Below the pieces are notes generated by a model that saw nothing but the letters and a program-made list of their open reading frames with translations, made no database searches and was not told the DNA's origin. The position numbers and the translations under genes were made by a program. Below are positions 60,486 through 64,000 of a stretch of DNA of 64,000 nt, piece by piece (the first letter of the stretch is position 1; every line of letters starts with the position of its first letter). The DNA is taken from positions 4,650,001-4,714,000 of the forward strand of contig JANJGN010000034.1 of NCBI GenBank assembly GCA_026770705.1, read 5' to 3'. Source of the DNA: Isurus oxyrinchus. Taxonomy: Eukaryota.

Positions 60486-62949
60486 GTAAATTACTGAACA
60501 CGTTTCAAGAAAATTCACAAAAATTACTCCGAATATGTTCTGCTACTTTAATTAATCACACTCTGATACCTCATATGTCCTCACATCGTACACATTAGAC
60601 ACATAGGACCGTTTTGGCATGGAAGGAGGTAACCCCGTCAGAGAATCCAAACAAAGCATCTATAACACAATCCAATCAAGACCTGTTCACTTCCATGGTC
60701 TTGTAGGCAGACCATTCTTTTTTCACTAGCGCTCATTTTTGAATTTATTTTGAATTTATGAGTCATCTCCGTTTTGATAACATTCGTTGAATATTGAATC
60801 TCATTTTCTTTACCACAAGCTGGCCATAAAAGTTGATCCTGGCTAACCACCCACTCAAACCCTACGTGCCTTCTCAACACTACCCTCAACAACCTGAAAC
60901 TCCTCACCAAAAAATTAAAAGTGCGTCCCTGTTATAAACATGGTATGGCTACCACTTGTATTTCTCTATTGCAAAACAGCTTGCCTAATATTTGTGTACC
61001 TCTTTCAATTATCCAAACAAATTCGTTTGCTCCAAGAACAGATCTGTGCTCCCCAATGTAACATTGTATGTGTAAAAGCTTATTTCCGAAGCCAATCCTG
61101 TAGATAAATCTGCAAAGTCTGCCCATACTTCCTTAATAGTAGTGCCCAGATTTATATTTGTATTCTAACTGCATAATTATAATTCTTTGGCATAGCTTAT
61201 CTGATTTAGTGCCTACTGCATCCATTGATCAAGCAGAAGGCCACGGCTTTGATAATTACTCTATCAACATTTTTATTCATATGCAAATATCTATGCATGT
61301 GAGAAACCGCAGGTTGTTTTGCCTGTGCATTTTCTAGAACTATACAATTGCCTTTTAGACAATGCTGTCTCTACCTATTCTAACTGCCAAAAAAAATGTT
61401 CCCCTAATAATTTCATTAAATCCCTTCTGTCATTATTCGGCACCACATCATGGTAGCCACGTAGTGCCATTGGATTCGATTTATAGAACCTTCAGTGAAT
61501 GACACAGCATCATGAAAGGAAAAGAGAAAGGGGAAGAAAAATTAAGAGAGAGAGAGAGAGAAAGTTTGGGGTGTCTAGATTCCGGGGTCGGGAGGAAGGT
61601 TGGGGACTAGCGAGGCCGGGGAGGAAAAGGTACGGAGATGGTGTGCATGGTGCCAGCTACTACTGATAAGCAATCTTTACAGTAATATTTGCCACGATTC
61701 ACCTAATTTCATTTTGCGTTCCATTTATCCTAACGTGCAGTGGTGCCCAGTTGTTTGTGTCTTGGATTTAATAACTAGCGTTCCACATGATAATTTACAA
61801 AATGTTTCCTTAAAGCCCACATAAGCAAAATTTTCCTATTGCCCTTGCTCAACTACAAATATTGTGTCATGAAAAAATCGTCAATTATATCAGTCAATAC
61901 CGATTTTCTTTTCTCTTATAAATTAGTTACTTAATACAAATCTCCAAACCAGTCTCTTTTCGCAGCACTAGCTCAACTTTCTAAAAATTACTGAAGACTG
62001 ATATTAAAGTGGATGGCCTGCTGTCCTAAACACTTCTTTGTACATGTTCGTCAACATCCTGGAAAGTTAACCATTCCAATTAAATGAAAACTCATGGAAG
62101 TGATATGTCATTCTTATGAATGTTTGATGATATTTATCAATATTAACCCAATGATTAAATTGCAATTATTTTTTTCCCAAAGTGATCTGCAAATCTTGGT
62201 CCAATATGTTTCCCTTCTTCCTCAGCACCAAATTCAACTGTGCAGCTTTTTCAGTTGTTTTGAAACATGTTTGTGAATTGTCTTCTTTTGATAATACTGC
62301 TGAAATTCCTGGCGATTATTAACTTATGTTCTAGCAAAATGCATGCACTTAAAGCCCCTTGGCGCCATAATTCTATAGTTCTTGCACAGCCCAATGATAT
62401 CACTGCAGATTTGATTCTCTATTTCTCTCTCTCTCTTTCATTCCCTCTATCTCTCTCAGTTTCTCTCTATCTCTCTCTCTCAAAAACACATACAATCACA
62501 TAATTTTGAGAACTGTCGAATATCTCAATGAGCATGACGGCACCTTAAAAATGTCTATCCAAACATGTAAAGATTTTGTCTCCACGATGTATTTGGCCCA
62601 GTGTAATATTTGAGAAACTTCCTTAATTAGGCATGGCCGCGACATACTTTAATTACTTATTTTTTATCCGTGCTCTACCTTTCCTGTAAACTTCAGATCC
62701 TTAAACCGCTAAACTTGCAATCCCCACTAGTTTCAAACCACTTTTCTATCAGTGTCAGGAAGTGATTTTACCAGTAGGCTTTCTGCCGTTTTAGCACATT
62801 AACAATGTTTACCGTGCTGTGTTCAAACACGCATGTATTCACTTCCTATATCTCCATTATTGATCGGTCTCTAAGTGATTCAGAATGATTTTGTTATTCA
62901 TGTGATGCATTCTTTTCTGACAGTCTCAGAATTTTTCCAATTCCCTAAT

Positions 62950-63940
62950 TGTGATTCAGAAAGTGCTTCGAATTCCGTGAACCACTGCACTTCTTCTGGT
63001 GCTTTTATACAGACAGTAATCTTTGGCAGTTATTTCCAAGAATATTTTTTTAACCCGGCGATAATGATGGAGTGGCGATATTATTCCAGGCCGGGGCCAT
63101 CTCTGGCTACGTGGACAGCGTCAATGGTATGCTGCTTCCACGCATCTGTTTCCCTTGATTTGTCAGTTGGTAGGTGTCTGTATTATTCAATAGCATCTCC
63201 ATTGTTTCTTGTATGTAGCATGCTCAGGTGGTTGCCGTATTTTGCAGGGGGATTGTGATGTTAATTTATGATAAACTCGTTAGGATCAGGCCTGTTGCGT
63301 GTTTTGAATGCTGCCGATTTTCCTGTCTGTTCTGGGAATGACTCCTATCTAGTCATGTGGTAGCATCCGTATTGTCCTTTAAGTTTTTTTCTTGTAGATA
63401 GTGGACCTAATTCTATGAGTCAGTGAATCCAAGTGTAAGAACAGGATTTTCAGAATATGACTTGCAATGTTCATAATATTTACACTGTTAGACCATTGCA
63501 TGTGTCTGGGTGAAGACAACCACTGGGCTTTTGATACTGGTGGATTCAATGATAATAATTGGTTGAGGAGTACAGCAATATGATTAAGTTCTCTCTTGTT
63601 GGAGTATCTAATTGCCTGGTACTTCTCCCGTGCAATAGACACCTGTCACGTAGCGGCCCAAGATTGAAATTCGTATAGGTAATGCCACTCACAAGCATAA
63701 ACTGCTTCTGCATCCAATAGGTCTTCAATAGTACCACCCTTTTTGCGAGCAGGTGAAAACATATGTGCATTTCAACTTATGCTGGAGGGATGAACATTTT
63801 TCCAGCAATAAATATGCTTGAACCTATGACAATAGCTTAAGGAAGTCCTTCAATGTTTCTTACTGTCTGAGCTGAATGACCACAAACAAGCCAAATCATC
63901 TGGTTTGGATAGTTATGAATACAGCCAGTGGATAATTGGA
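62950..63940 (-). mobile_element. Degraded CR1/L2-group LINE 3' part
   Basis: ttctctcttgttggagtatctaattgcctggtac and neighbouring sequence; similar to 48570-49390. Confidence 0.6.
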
Positions 63941-64000
63941 GAATATTCGCCTTGGATTCCATTGAATTTAATTTTGCAATCGGTCCTTCATGGCACAGTG

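Noticed and set aside
1-64000. CRISPR arrays, rRNA/tRNA genes, operons
   Set aside because: None seen; the DNA is eukaryotic intronic sequence and tRNA-like motifs occur only as decayed SINE heads.

Overview
Eukaryotic, AT-rich, repeat-dense DNA, most likely from a cartilaginous fish (inferred from the CR1/L2 LINE, Deu/V-SINE and Penelope repeat content). The ORF track shows only one real protein, a Penelope-like RT/GIY-YIG ORF. Reading splice signals by eye reveals a host gene on the + strand that spans the whole window. It has at least 18 phase-1/phase-1 microexons that mostly alternate 36 nt and 27 nt (63 nt = 21 aa = three heptads) and splice into a stop-free ~186-aa coiled-coil segment. 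The gene's start, end and identity lie outside the window. Its introns hold two young Penelope-like insertions with inverted arms, target-site duplications and four identical hammerhead-ribozyme motifs. They also hold older PLE, LINE and SINE relics, microsatellites and one 161-N assembly gap. All calls are manual; no database searches were run.
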